A DNA stretch of 64,000 nt. Source: Obrimoposthia wandeli (lineage: Eukaryota). This document shows, one piece after another, positions 47,676 to 59,036 of the stretch. The stretch is from contig CDROCS010000372.1 of assembly GCA_977020255.1 (NCBI GenBank), positions 496,001 to 560,000 of the forward strand, given 5' to 3'. Under the pieces are notes generated by a model. It saw only the letters and a list, made by a program, of their open reading frames with translations. It was not told the DNA's origin and did no database searches. The position numbers were made by a program, and so were the translations under genes. Position 1 is the stretch's first letter, and the number at the start of each line of letters is the position of its first letter.

Positions 47676-48146
47676 ATGGAAAAATTCAAAAAAAGGGCGG
47701 TCAAATACTTAGATATAATCGAATTCGGTGATTGGAAATTCAAATTGTATCGCATGAAATATGATGAATTAAGAGCTACACCGGAAATAGAAAATATAGT
47801 AAGAGCGATTCTGCCAGAATGGATAAAGGTTAAATCTCAAATAAATAATTTTCCTAATTATAAAATTGGTACTGTAATCATTCATGAAGCAAAGGATAGT
47901 ATTCTAGTTGTTGTAAATTGGTGGGTATACGAAAATGTCGTTCAAAATCATGTATATATTGCTGATTATGAGAATCCCAATAAGTTTTCAGATTTTACGA
48001 GTAAGGGATTACGGTTTTGCGTTTGGGAGATGAACATTTTGTGGCATGAGAGAAATTTGTGGGTGGAACATGTCTTAAAAAAATCAGACAACCCAGATTG
48101 GGATTCATATCTAAATCATTACTATAAATTGGAGTATGCAGATTAA
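47676..48146 (+). CDS. Hypothetical protein (CVWE..ILWHER family)
   Basis: 156-aa ORF; VIIH, NWWVYEN and CVWEMNILWHER..W..HVL...PD...YL motifs. Confidence 0.75.
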   Translation: MEKFKKRAVKYLDIIEFGDWKFKLYRMKYDELRATPEIENIVRAILPEWIKVKSQINNFPNYKIGTVIIHEAKDSILVVVNWWVYENVVQNHVYIADYENPNKFSDFTSKGLRFCVWEMNILWHERNLWVEHVLKKSDNPDWDSYLNHYYKLEYAD

Positions 48147-48167
48147 GAAACACGATATCAAATCATT

Positions 48168-48245
48168 ATGAAACATATTTTGATGAAAAATGAAAAGCCT
48201 GATTTTGAAGCCTATTTAATGGAACATCTCAATGGTGAATTTTAA
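48168..48245 (+). pseudogene. Remnant resembling the C-terminus of the preceding gene
   Basis: MKHILMKNEKPDFEAYLMEHLNGEF aligns by eye with VEHVLKKSDNPDWDSYLNH. Confidence 0.45.
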
Positions 48246-48255
48246 ATTTTAAAAA

Positions 48256-48795
48256 ATGAAAAAAATGAAAAAAAATGACATTCAAATAATGCCAGACTAT
48301 TTTGACAAATACATAAACTTAGCAGAAGATGATGTATCGGTAGTAGAGGCTTTACAAATTAGTTTGCAAGAATTAGAAAATGCTCCAATAGATAAATGGG
48401 AGGCTTTGGGCGAAAAAGTATATGCCCCAAATAAGTGGACGGTAAAAGATATTTTGCAACATTATATTGACACCGAAAGAGTGTTTACGTATCGAATAAC
48501 GGCAATTGCCCGAGGCGATAAGCAAAAAATGATTTCTTACGATGAAAATATTTTTGCTGAAAATGCACAAGCCAATCGCAGAACAATCACTGATTTGATG
48601 GAAGAACTTATACTAATCAGAAAAGCGACTATAAAACTCTATCTGTCTTTTACAGAAAATATGCTACACCAACAGGGCATTAGTTATAACAATATACACT
48701 ACTGTCCATTAGCATTAGGTTTTGTGCTTACAGAGCATCAGCGTTGGCATTTTAGAGTTTTGGAGGAAAAATATTATCCACTCTTAATTGAATAA
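48256..48795 (+). CDS. DinB family protein
   Basis: YAPNKWTVK.ILQH..DTERVF.YR, YDEN and EHQRWH motifs. Confidence 0.9.
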   Translation: MKKMKKNDIQIMPDYFDKYINLAEDDVSVVEALQISLQELENAPIDKWEALGEKVYAPNKWTVKDILQHYIDTERVFTYRITAIARGDKQKMISYDENIFAENAQANRRTITDLMEELILIRKATIKLYLSFTENMLHQQGISYNNIHYCPLALGFVLTEHQRWHFRVLEEKYYPLLIE

Positions 48796-49306
48796 CTTTT
48801 TACTGAATATGGACTTAAACCCAAAAACAAATAATGCGCTTATTGAAATTCAAAACTTTGATTTTTTAATAGGAAAATGGAATGTACTTAACCGAAAACT
48901 CAAAGTACGACTCAAAGATTGTAATGAATGGATCGAGTTTCCTGCCAAAATGGAGACTAAACCATTTCTTAATGGATTGGGTTTAATGGACGAAATGAAA
49001 TCATCTCATTTTGGAGACGATTTTATCGGATTTAGTATCAGAATGGTTAACCCCAAAACAAATATTTGGACAATTTATTGGGCTGACACATCAAGTCCCG
49101 AAAACTATTTAAAAGAGCAAGTGATTGGAGAGTTTAAAAATGGAATTGGAGAATTTTATGGCAAAGAATTATATCAAGGAAAAGAATACAAATTAAAGTT
49201 TACTTGGAAAAATAAATCTAAAAATACTGCTCTTTGGGAACAAGCCTATTTCGATGAAAAAGCAACAGAATGGGAAACAAATTGGACAATGGAATTTACC
49301 CGATAA
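48788..49306 (+). CDS. DUF1579-like protein (second paralog)
   Basis: FDFLIGKWNVLNRKLK.RL, WTIYWAD and WETNWTMEF; start may be the internal Met. Confidence 0.7.
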   Translation: MNNFLLNMDLNPKTNNALIEIQNFDFLIGKWNVLNRKLKVRLKDCNEWIEFPAKMETKPFLNGLGLMDEMKSSHFGDDFIGFSIRMVNPKTNIWTIYWADTSSPENYLKEQVIGEFKNGIGEFYGKELYQGKEYKLKFTWKNKSKNTALWEQAYFDEKATEWETNWTMEFTR

Positions 49307-49346
49307 TTAAATCATAAGTACTAAACATAACAAATACTTGTATAAT

Positions 49347-49386
49347 TAATAAGACTGAATTTCCTCTCGGAAACTCAGTCTTATTA
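49347..49386. terminator. Strong hairpin between convergent genes
   Basis: TAATAAGACTGA.TTTCC-TCTC-GGAAA.TCAGTCTTATTA. Confidence 0.65.
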
Positions 49387-49462
49387 TATCATTGGGTCTA
49401 GCAGTAAATTCTCATGTATTTTCTCGCAACAAACCATACATAAACACGATAACGAAACCATA

Positions 49463-50377
49463 CTAATCTCTAATCAATGGCATTGTAGAACAACGCAATA
49501 AACCTTCTTGTTTTGCAATTTCTGAATACGAAACTTCTTCTACAGTAAAACCTTGCTCTCTTAACCAAGTATTTAATCTTGTAAAGTTTTTTTCTGATAT
49601 AATAACATCTTCAGAAATAGAAAAAATGTTACTATTCATGTTATACATTTCTTCTTTATCAATTTCGAAAACATTTTCTTTTCCGAAGAAATCTAACAAC
49701 CAATTATATTCTTTTTCTACTAAAAAACCATTTTTATGCAAAATAGCTTTATCACTCCCTATTGGTTGAAAACAACAATCTAAATGCAATGCATTCTCTT
49801 TCGCCTCTGTATTCGATTTTCTTAACTCAAAAGATTTTACAATTTTATCTGGAAAAAATTCTTGCAACGCAATAACTGCATCAGTATTTGTTCTAGCTGT
49901 TATAAAATCTGGATAATCTTCACCAGAATACGTTCCCACAAAAATATAATCATTCCAAGGCATTACATCTCCGCCTTCTACATGGCATTCTTCTGGTAGT
50001 TCTATAATATTATCTGGGTTTATTTTAGAAATCACATGATTTATCGCTTCAATTTCTTGATCTCTATCTGGTAAAATATTTGCTTTCACTAATTTATCAT
50101 CAATCACAAAAGCAATATCTCTAGAAAAAATCTGATTGTAATTCTCTATAATATCTGGCCTAAAAACTTCAACATCATATTTTTTAAAAATAGTTGCAAC
50201 AGCTTCCATTTCTAAAACCATGTCTTCTTCTTTTGGGTATGTTCCTGCCAAAACATGTATTACACTTTTAGGATCGTAACAATCTTCTACTTTTGGCGTT
50301 GAACCGTTATTTTTTGCAGTTCCTAAAACAACTGCTCTTAATCGAGAAGTTTCGTTTTTTACATTTAATTTTAGCAT
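49463..50377 (-). CDS. Arginine deiminase / dimethylargininase family amidinotransferase
   Basis: QIFSRD, VEGGD, LHLDC and GLLRCSTMPL motifs. Confidence 0.85.
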   Translation of the reverse strand: MLKLNVKNETSRLRAVVLGTAKNNGSTPKVEDCYDPKSVIHVLAGTYPKEEDMVLEMEAVATIFKKYDVEVFRPDIIENYNQIFSRDIAFVIDDKLVKANILPDRDQEIEAINHVISKINPDNIIELPEECHVEGGDVMPWNDYIFVGTYSGEDYPDFITARTNTDAVIALQEFFPDKIVKSFELRKSNTEAKENALHLDCCFQPIGSDKAILHKNGFLVEKEYNWLLDFFGKENVFEIDKEEMYNMNSNIFSISEDVIISEKNFTRLNTWLREQGFTVEEVSYSEIAKQEGLLRCSTMPLIRD

Positions 50378-50390
50378 AAGTGATGAGATT

Positions 50391-50419
50391 AAAAAAGCTT
50401 CATTATTTATGAAGCTTTT
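50391..50419 (-). terminator. Hairpin after gltA
   Basis: AAAAGCTTCAT/ATGAAGCTTTT with an A tract. Confidence 0.6.
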
Positions 50420-50444
50420 AGTTTTATGTGTAAAAATAATAAAA

Positions 50445-51731
50445 TTATCTTTTTTCTATTGATTGAAATGGTCTTAAATTTTCACCTGTATAAATCTGAC
50501 GAGGCCTTCCTATTGGTTCTTTGTTCAATCTCATTTCTTTCCATTGCGCAATCCAACCAGGTAAACGACCTAAAGCAAACATTACTGTAAACATTTCAAC
50601 AGGAATACCCATTGCTCTGTATATAATACCTGAATAAAAATCTACATTAGGGTACAATTTTCTGTCTACAAAATAAGGGTCCCTTAAAGCTTCTTGCTCT
50701 AAATTTCTTGCGATCTCTAAAATAGGATCTTCAATTCCTAAATCTTTTAAAACTTCATCTGCAGCAACTTTAATTATTTTTGCTCTTGGATCAAAGTTCT
50801 TATAAACTCTATGCCCAAACCCCATTAGTCTAAATGGGTCTGATTTGTCTTTGGCTTTTGCCATGTATTTTTTAGTATCTCCACCATCTTCTTTAATAGC
50901 TTCTAACATTTCTAATACTGCTTGATTTGCACCACCATGAAGTGGCCCCCAAAGCGCAGAAATACCTGCAGATAATGAAGCGAATAAACCAGCGTGAGAA
51001 GAACCTGCAATTCTTACTGTAGAAGTAGAACAATTTTGTTCATGATCTGCATGTAAAATTAACAATTTATCTAATGCATCTTTTATAATAGGGTTTATTA
51101 CGTATTCTTCATTCGGCTCTTCAAACATCATTTTCATAATATTTTCGACATAACCCAAAGATTTAGAACCATAGTTTAAAGGTAAACCAGATTTTTTACG
51201 CATAGTCCAAGCTACTAACACAGGGAATTTACCCAATATTTTTACAATGGCATTGTACATTTCTTCTTCAGAATCTACGTTTACAGAAGAAGGATTAAAT
51301 GCTGTTAAAGCACTAGTTAATGAAGATAAAATCCCCATTGGATGTGCTGTCTTTGGAAATGCTTCTATAATTTTTCGAATATCATCATCTACAACAGATT
51401 TAGATTTTATGTCTGTATGAAATTTATCTAACTCTTCTTTCGTTGGTAATTCTCCAAAAATTAATGCATAAGCAACTTCTAAAAAATCGGCTTTTTCTGC
51501 TAATTCTTCGATAGAATACCCTCTATATCTTAAAATTCCTTTTTCACCATCTAAAAATGTGATAGCGCTTACACAAGAACCTGTATTTTTATATCCAGGA
51601 TCTATTGTAACAATACCTTTTGTAGCTCCTCGCAAAGATTTAATATCTATTGCAACTTCATTTTCTGTTCCTTTTACAAGAGGAAATTCATACGAATTTT
51701 CTCCTATTTGTAATTTAGCTATATCTGACAT
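50445..51731 (-). CDS. gltA: Citrate synthase
   Basis: HADHEQNCST, GPLHGGAN, MGFGHRVY and PNVDFYSG motifs. Confidence 0.97.
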   Translation of the reverse strand: MSDIAKLQIGENSYEFPLVKGTENEVAIDIKSLRGATKGIVTIDPGYKNTGSCVSAITFLDGEKGILRYRGYSIEELAEKADFLEVAYALIFGELPTKEELDKFHTDIKSKSVVDDDIRKIIEAFPKTAHPMGILSSLTSALTAFNPSSVNVDSEEEMYNAIVKILGKFPVLVAWTMRKKSGLPLNYGSKSLGYVENIMKMMFEEPNEEYVINPIIKDALDKLLILHADHEQNCSTSTVRIAGSSHAGLFASLSAGISALWGPLHGGANQAVLEMLEAIKEDGGDTKKYMAKAKDKSDPFRLMGFGHRVYKNFDPRAKIIKVAADEVLKDLGIEDPILEIARNLEQEALRDPYFVDRKLYPNVDFYSGIIYRAMGIPVEMFTVMFALGRLPGWIAQWKEMRLNKEPIGRPRQIYTGENLRPFQSIEKR

Positions 51732-51901
51732 TTATAATGATTTTAAGTATAATTTCTTAGTTGCACGAAGATACCAATTTTAAAGGTATTTTAAAATACG
51801 TTCTTATAGATTTTTAATATTTTAAAATAATATTAACTTATCTATTTACCTTCAATAAATATTTTTAAATTGATTTATGAAATAATTTATCAATTATTTT
51901 T

Positions 51902-54025
51902 TTATTCTTTAATAAGTTTTAAAGTTTTAATAGAGTTATCATTATAAAATACTTTTACAAAATAATTACCAAATGAAATATTTGAGATATCTACACTTTT
52001 ATTTGTAAAATACTTTTGACTTAGCACTCTTATACCTAGCAAGTTATAAACTTCAACATTATTAATAGTTTGATTATTATTAATTTCTAAATTAAATATA
52101 CTTTTTGCTGGGTTTGGAAACAAAATTATATCCGAAGTTTTAGAAATATCTAAGAGAGATAATGTTGAGTACATACAATTACTAGAATAATATGCTTCAT
52201 TATTTAAATCTTTCCAGTTTATAAAACTATATGAAGAGTCATCTACTTGAATACAACTTAAATTAGGGTTATTTTTTGAATTAAAAATGATAATATTTGA
52301 ATTATTACCATTCTTTATATCTAATTTTTGTAAATCGTTATTGGAGCAATCAAGAATTTTAAAATTTTTCATTGCACTAAGATCTAAAGCTGTAATTAAG
52401 TTATTTGAACACCATAAGTGCATTAAATTTTCATTTGAAGATATATTTAAAGTTTTTAATTGGTTATCAGATATGTCCAAAACTTTTAAACTACTATTAT
52501 TTGTAATATCTATGTTTGATAATTTATTGTTACTTAAAAATAATATTTCTAAACTATCATTTTTTGACACATCTATAGCCAATAATTGATTATTACTTAA
52601 GGCTAAATCTTTTAAATTAGTATTTATTGATACATCTATATTCAATAATTTATTATTATCTAAAGCTAAATCTTTTAAATTAATATTTGTTGATACATCT
52701 ATATTTAATAATTTATTATCACTTAAAGCTAAATCTTCTAGATTAATATTTATTGATATATCTACATCTAATAATTTATTACCACTTAAATTTAAATTTT
52801 CTAAAGCTGTATTCTTGGTAACATCAATTTTGGTTAATTGATTTTTAAACAAATCTAAATTTACCAAGGCAACATTTTTAGTAACATTAATTTTGGTTAG
52901 TTGATTAAAAGATAAAATTAGTTTTTTTAAGTTAATATTTTCTGTAATATCTATGCCTGTAAATTGATTTTTATCAAGAATTAACTCTTCTAATAATAGA
53001 TTTTTAGTTACATCAATTTTGGTTAGTAGATTAAAAGATAAAATTAGTTTTTTTAAGTTAATATTCTTAGTAATATCTACGTTTGTAAATTGATTGTCAT
53101 CAAGGATTAACTCTTCTAATAATACATTTTTAGTTACATTAATTTTAGTTAAAAAATTTCTCCTAACATTTAGGGTTTTTAACCCTATAAATTCTTCTAT
53201 TCCAGATAAATCCAAAATATTCTTATTAGAGATATCTAAAGAAGTAACTGTACTAATAATTTCTGTTGAAAGTAAATTATCTAAAACATCATCATATCCT
53301 AAATTTATTAGTACTTGCTCAAAATTATCATCTGGAATATAGGTGGTATTATCAATACATTTTTCATTAAAATACACTGAATCATCAATACTAGTCCAAT
53401 TTAAATTACTATAAATAGAATCATCTACAAGTACACAAATTAAATCAGGATTATCCTTTACGGAAAAATTAAGAACATTCTTATTATTCCCATTTTTAAT
53501 ATTTAAACTAGTTAATTTATTAAAACTAGTAATAAAATGATATAATTCACTATTGTTAGAGGCGTTAATAGTATCTAATTGATTGGTATGAGCATGAAAA
53601 ACTTCTAATAAAAGGTTTTTTGAAATATCTATAGAAGAAACATTGTTTGTAGAAATATCAAGAAATTCTAAATTTACATTATTTGACAAATTAATTGCAG
53701 ATAAATTATTATTAGAAACACTTATTCGTTTTAATGCTATATTTTTTGAAATATTGATTTCTTCTATACTATTGTCATTACAATTTAATATCTCTAATAC
53801 TTCAAAAGCTTCTATACCAATTAGATTTTTAATTTCTTTACCATCAAGATTTAGATTTTTTATAGTATTGATGTTTGTCGTTAATACAAAACCATCTAAA
53901 ACATCATCATAGCTTAAATCTATTAAAGCTTGTTCAAAATTAGTATCTGGAATAGCCGTTTTTTGCGCATAAGATGTATAAAAAACAGTAAAAATAAATG
54001 TGATTAAAATACTTATTCTTTTCAT
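51902..54025 (-). CDS. Leucine-rich repeat protein with T9SS C-terminal domain
   Basis: Signal peptide; two IPD.NFEQ.LI.L.YD caps; 21-aa LRRs; C-terminal LFPNPA..VYNLLG..GNYFVK..KLIKE. Confidence 0.88.
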   Translation of the reverse strand: MKRISILITFIFTVFYTSYAQKTAIPDTNFEQALIDLSYDDVLDGFVLTTNINTIKNLNLDGKEIKNLIGIEAFEVLEILNCNDNSIEEINISKNIALKRISVSNNNLSAINLSNNVNLEFLDISTNNVSSIDISKNLLLEVFHAHTNQLDTINASNNSELYHFITSFNKLTSLNIKNGNNKNVLNFSVKDNPDLICVLVDDSIYSNLNWTSIDDSVYFNEKCIDNTTYIPDDNFEQVLINLGYDDVLDNLLSTEIISTVTSLDISNKNILDLSGIEEFIGLKTLNVRRNFLTKINVTKNVLLEELILDDNQFTNVDITKNINLKKLILSFNLLTKIDVTKNLLLEELILDKNQFTGIDITENINLKKLILSFNQLTKINVTKNVALVNLDLFKNQLTKIDVTKNTALENLNLSGNKLLDVDISININLEDLALSDNKLLNIDVSTNINLKDLALDNNKLLNIDVSINTNLKDLALSNNQLLAIDVSKNDSLEILFLSNNKLSNIDITNNSSLKVLDISDNQLKTLNISSNENLMHLWCSNNLITALDLSAMKNFKILDCSNNDLQKLDIKNGNNSNIIIFNSKNNPNLSCIQVDDSSYSFINWKDLNNEAYYSSNCMYSTLSLLDISKTSDIILFPNPAKSIFNLEINNNQTINNVEVYNLLGIRVLSQKYFTNKSVDISNISFGNYFVKVFYNDNSIKTLKLIKE
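52875..53126. repeat. 126-bp tandem duplication within the LRR gene
   Basis: Two highly similar units start at 52875 and 53001. Confidence 0.85.
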
Positions 54026-54050
54026 ATTTTTTCAAAATACAAAGATAAAT

Positions 54051-54078
54051 AAAAAAGGCTGTCTTTTAAGACAGCCTT
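54051..54078 (-). terminator. Terminator after eno
   Basis: AAGGCTGTCT-TTTA-AGACAGCCTT with an A tract. Confidence 0.75.
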
Positions 54079-54103
54079 ATTAATAATGTATGTAAACAAA
54101 AAC

Positions 54104-55396
<1,293 letters not shown>

Positions 55397-55535
55397 CTAT
55401 TTTATTTAATTAATTTACTTTTTTAACATTGCTAATTTACAAAATAAGCTTCTGATTCATTTGACTTTAAAAGGATTCTTACGAAAACGTTTTCAATAAA
55501 TCTTTATAGCTATTCTAAATTGATACTTTAGCATG

Positions 55536-56633
55536 TTACTTAATCATATCGATAAATTGATCGAAAAGATATTCTGAATCATGTGGTCCAGGACTAGCTT
55601 CTGGATGATACTGTACAGAAAAAACATTTTTATTTTTCATTCTAATTCCAGCAACTGTATGATCATTTAAATGAACATGAGTAATCTCTACATTTTCATT
55701 TTTTTCTGTTTCTTCTTTATTAATGGCAAAACCATGGTTTTGAGAAGTAATTTCTCCTTTACCGGTTAATAAATTTTTAACAGGATGGTTAATTCCTCTA
55801 TGCCCATTATGCATTTTATAAGTAGAAATTCCGTTTGCTAAAGCAATTACTTGATGCCCTAAACAAATACCAAATAATGGCAAATCTCTTTTTATAATTT
55901 CTTTTGCAACTTCTTTTGCTTCTGTTAAAGGTTCTGGATCTCCAGGTCCGTTAGAAATAAAATATCCATTTGGTTTAAAAGCTGCTAAATCTTCAAACGA
56001 AGAATTATAAGGAAAGACTTTTATATATGCACCTCTCTTTACAAAATTTCTTAAAATATTCTTTTTAATTCCAATATCTAAAGCTGCAATTTTTACTGAT
56101 GAATTTTCATCACCTACAAAATAAGGTTCTTTTGTAGATACTTTAGAAGCCAATTCTAAACCTTCCATCGTTGGAACTTTAGATAACTGCTTTTTTAATT
56201 CATCTATATTATCTATCTCTGTTGAAATAATAGCATTCATTGCTCCATTGTCTCTAATATAAGCTACTAAAGCTCTGGTATCAACATCTGAAATTGCAAC
56301 AATATTATGTTTTTCAAACCAGTCTTTTAGATTCCCATCAGAATCTACTCTAGAATGTGTAAAACTAAAATTTCTACAAACTAAACCAGATATTTTAATT
56401 CCATCAGATTCTACTTCGTTATCATTTACACCGTAATTACCAATATGTGCATTCGCAGTTACCATAATTTGTCCAAAATAAGAAGGGTCAGTAAAAATTT
56501 CTTGGTAACCAGTCATACCAGTATTAAAACAAATTTCTCCAGTTGAAGTTCCTTCAATACCTACAGATTTACCGTAAAAGATAGTTCCATCAGCTAATAA
56601 AACTAATGCCTTTTTTCTAGTTTGATATTTCAT
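55536..56633 (-). CDS. carA: Carbamoyl-phosphate synthase small subunit
   Basis: FNTGMTGYQE, SNGPGDP, GICLGHQ and QYHPEASPGPHD motifs. Confidence 0.98.
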   Translation of the reverse strand: MKYQTRKKALVLLADGTIFYGKSVGIEGTSTGEICFNTGMTGYQEIFTDPSYFGQIMVTANAHIGNYGVNDNEVESDGIKISGLVCRNFSFTHSRVDSDGNLKDWFEKHNIVAISDVDTRALVAYIRDNGAMNAIISTEIDNIDELKKQLSKVPTMEGLELASKVSTKEPYFVGDENSSVKIAALDIGIKKNILRNFVKRGAYIKVFPYNSSFEDLAAFKPNGYFISNGPGDPEPLTEAKEVAKEIIKRDLPLFGICLGHQVIALANGISTYKMHNGHRGINHPVKNLLTGKGEITSQNHGFAINKEETEKNENVEITHVHLNDHTVAGIRMKNKNVFSVQYHPEASPGPHDSEYLFDQFIDMIK

Positions 56634-56667
56634 TGTTATATAATTGTGTTTGTTGATGTAAAAATAT

Positions 56668-56702
56668 AAAAAAAGGGATAAACGTAAACGCTTATCCCTT
56701 TT
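56668..56702 (-). terminator. Terminator of the alpha operon
   Basis: AAAAGGGATAA/TTATCCCTTTT stem. Confidence 0.75.
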
Positions 56703-56726
56703 ATATAATTAAAAAATTTTCATTTT

Positions 56727-57200
56727 TTATTCTTCAGATTTTTCTTCTGTTGCAGTTCCTTCTACTTGAGCAGATTCAGCTTTCTTGCTTCTTCCTCTTC
56801 TTGTAGTTTTCTTTGCTTTTTTACCATTAGGATTATAGATTTCGTTGTAATCAACTAATTCTACCATTGCCATAGGAGCATTATCTCCTTGACGATTTCC
56901 TAATTTGATAATACGAAGGTAACCTCCTGGTCTGTCTGCTACTTTTACAGAAATTTCTTTAAATAATTCTGTAACTGCAAATTTATCACGTAAATAAGAA
57001 AATACAATACGTCTATTGTGAGTTGTATCACTTTTAGATTTTGTAATTAATGGTTCAACAAAAACTCTTAATGCTTTTGCTTTTGCCACTGTTGTATTAA
57101 TACGTTTGTGTTCTATTAAAGAACAAGACATATTAGCTAACATCGCTTTTCTGTGCGAAGTTGTTCTTCCTAAATGATTGTGTTTTTTTCCGTGTCTCAT
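56727..57200 (-). CDS. rplQ: 50S ribosomal protein L17
   Basis: [27 protein letters not shown]. Confidence 0.98.
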   Translation of the reverse strand: MRHGKKHNHLGRTTSHRKAMLANMSCSLIEHKRINTTVAKAKALRVFVEPLITKSKSDTTHNRRIVFSYLRDKFAVTELFKEISVKVADRPGGYLRIIKLGNRQGDNAPMAMVELVDYNEIYNPNGKKAKKTTRRGRSKKAESAQVEGTATEEKSEE

Positions 57201-57259
57201 GACGTTTATTTATAATTTCATCTTGCATCTACCCTTTATGGGGAGCAAAATATGAAAGG

Positions 57260-58252
57260 TTAATCTTTATCTAATTTGTATTTGCTTAAATCCATTCCAA
57301 AACTTAATCCTTTAACAATAACTAATTCTTCTAGTTCTGTTAATGATTTTTTACCAAAGTTTCTAAATTTCATTAAGTCACTTTTGTTAAAAGAAACTAA
57401 ATCTCCTAATGTATCTACTTCTGCAGCCTTTAAACAGTTTAAAGCTCTTACAGATAAATCCATATCGATTAATCTAGTTTTTAATAACTGACGCATATGT
57501 AATGATTCTTCATCATATGTTTCTGTTTGTGCAATTTCATCTGCCTCTAAAGTGATACGCTCATCAGAGAATAACATAAAGTGGTGGATTAATATTTTTG
57601 CAGCTTCAGTTAATGCATCTTTTGGATTGATTGATCCATCAGTATCGATATCGAAAACTAATTTTTCATAATCCGTTTTTTGCTCTACACGAAAATTTTC
57701 GATTGCATACTTTACATTCTTAATTGGCGTATAAATAGAATCTGTAAAGATTGTTCCTATTGGTGCAGAAGCTTTTTTATTTTCTTCGGCAGGTACAAAT
57801 CCTCTACCTTTTTCTATTGTAATTTCTGCGTTTAACTTCACAGATTTATCCATATTACAGATTACTAAATCCGGATTCAATACTTGAAAACCAGAGATAA
57901 ATTTCTGTAAGTCTCCTGCAGTAAACTGCTCTTGACCAGATACAGAGATAGAAACAGTTTCTCTATCAGTATCTTCTATTTGTTTCTTAAAACGAACTTG
58001 TTTTAAGTTTAAGATAATTTCTGTAACGTCTTCAACAACACCTGGTACAGTAGAAAATTCGTGTTCTACGCCATCTACTCTTAAAGATGTAATTGCAAAT
58101 CCTTCTAAAGAAGATAATAATACTCTTCTTAAAGCATTTCCTACAGTTAAACCAAAACCTGGTTCTAAAGGTCTAAACTCAAATCTACCAGAAAAATCTG
58201 TAGATTCAATCATTATTACTTTATCAGGTTTCTGAAAATTTAAAATTGCCAT
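57260..58252 (-). CDS. rpoA: RNA polymerase alpha subunit
   Basis: [37 protein letters not shown]. Confidence 0.99.
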   Translation of the reverse strand: MAILNFQKPDKVIMIESTDFSGRFEFRPLEPGFGLTVGNALRRVLLSSLEGFAITSLRVDGVEHEFSTVPGVVEDVTEIILNLKQVRFKKQIEDTDRETVSISVSGQEQFTAGDLQKFISGFQVLNPDLVICNMDKSVKLNAEITIEKGRGFVPAEENKKASAPIGTIFTDSIYTPIKNVKYAIENFRVEQKTDYEKLVFDIDTDGSINPKDALTEAAKILIHHFMLFSDERITLEADEIAQTETYDEESLHMRQLLKTRLIDMDLSVRALNCLKAAEVDTLGDLVSFNKSDLMKFRNFGKKSLTELEELVIVKGLSFGMDLSKYKLDKD

Positions 58253-58348
58253 TTTTTCTTCGTTTTAATTGTTATTTAGTTGCGCGAAATATAAATTTGA
58301 AGAAAGTATTTATAAATCCTTTGGCTAAATAGCAATATGATTAGTTTA

Positions 58349-58954
58349 TTACTTAGAATATAATTCTACGATTAATTGTTCTTTGATGTTTTCTGGTATC
58401 TGTAATCTTGCAGGTACTTTTACAAAAGATCCTTCTTTTTTATCAGAATTCCAAGTCAACCATTCAAATACATTACTATTAGATGCTAATGCATCATCAA
58501 TAGCTTGTAAAGATTTAGATTTTTCTCTTACTGCAACAACATCTCCTTCTTTTAATCTAAAAGATGGTACGTTTACTAACTCACCATTAACAGTAATATG
58601 TCTGTGAGAAACTAATTGACGTGCTCCACTTCTAGATTTAGAAACTCCCATTCTGTAAACCACGTTATCTAAACGACATTCACATAATTGTAATAAGATT
58701 TCACCAGTAATCCCTTGAGAAGATGATGCATCTTTAAATAAGTTTCTAAACTGACGCTCTAATATACCATAAGTATATTTTGCTTTTTGCTTCTCCATTA
58801 ATTGAGTAGCATATTCAGATTTCTTTCCTCTTCTTCTTGCATTTCCATGCTGTCCTGGAGGAAAATTTCTTTTTTCGAAGTTTTTATCTTCTCCAAAAAT
58901 TGCTTCGCCAAATTTACGAGCAATTTTTGTTTTTGGTCCTGTATATCTTGCCAT
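58349..58954 (-). CDS. rpsD: 30S ribosomal protein S4
   Basis: [24 protein letters not shown]. Confidence 0.98.
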   Translation of the reverse strand: MARYTGPKTKIARKFGEAIFGEDKNFEKRNFPPGQHGNARRRGKKSEYATQLMEKQKAKYTYGILERQFRNLFKDASSSQGITGEILLQLCECRLDNVVYRMGVSKSRSGARQLVSHRHITVNGELVNVPSFRLKEGDVVAVREKSKSLQAIDDALASNSNVFEWLTWNSDKKEGSFVKVPARLQIPENIKEQLIVELYSK

Positions 58955-59036
58955 TTCGTGTTTATTATAATTAGGGATTATGAATTAAGGCTAAACTCCT
59001 TCGATAATCTAATTCCTAATCGATTAAAATATTTAA

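Noticed and set aside
46093-49462. Prophage or IS origin for the WYL islet
   Set aside because: No integrase, transposase, att-like direct repeat or phage gene seen; the insertion mechanism is unresolved
52021-52047. TTAGCACTC, a CIRCE half-site
   Set aside because: No GAGTGCTAA partner at N9, and it lies inside the LRR coding sequence
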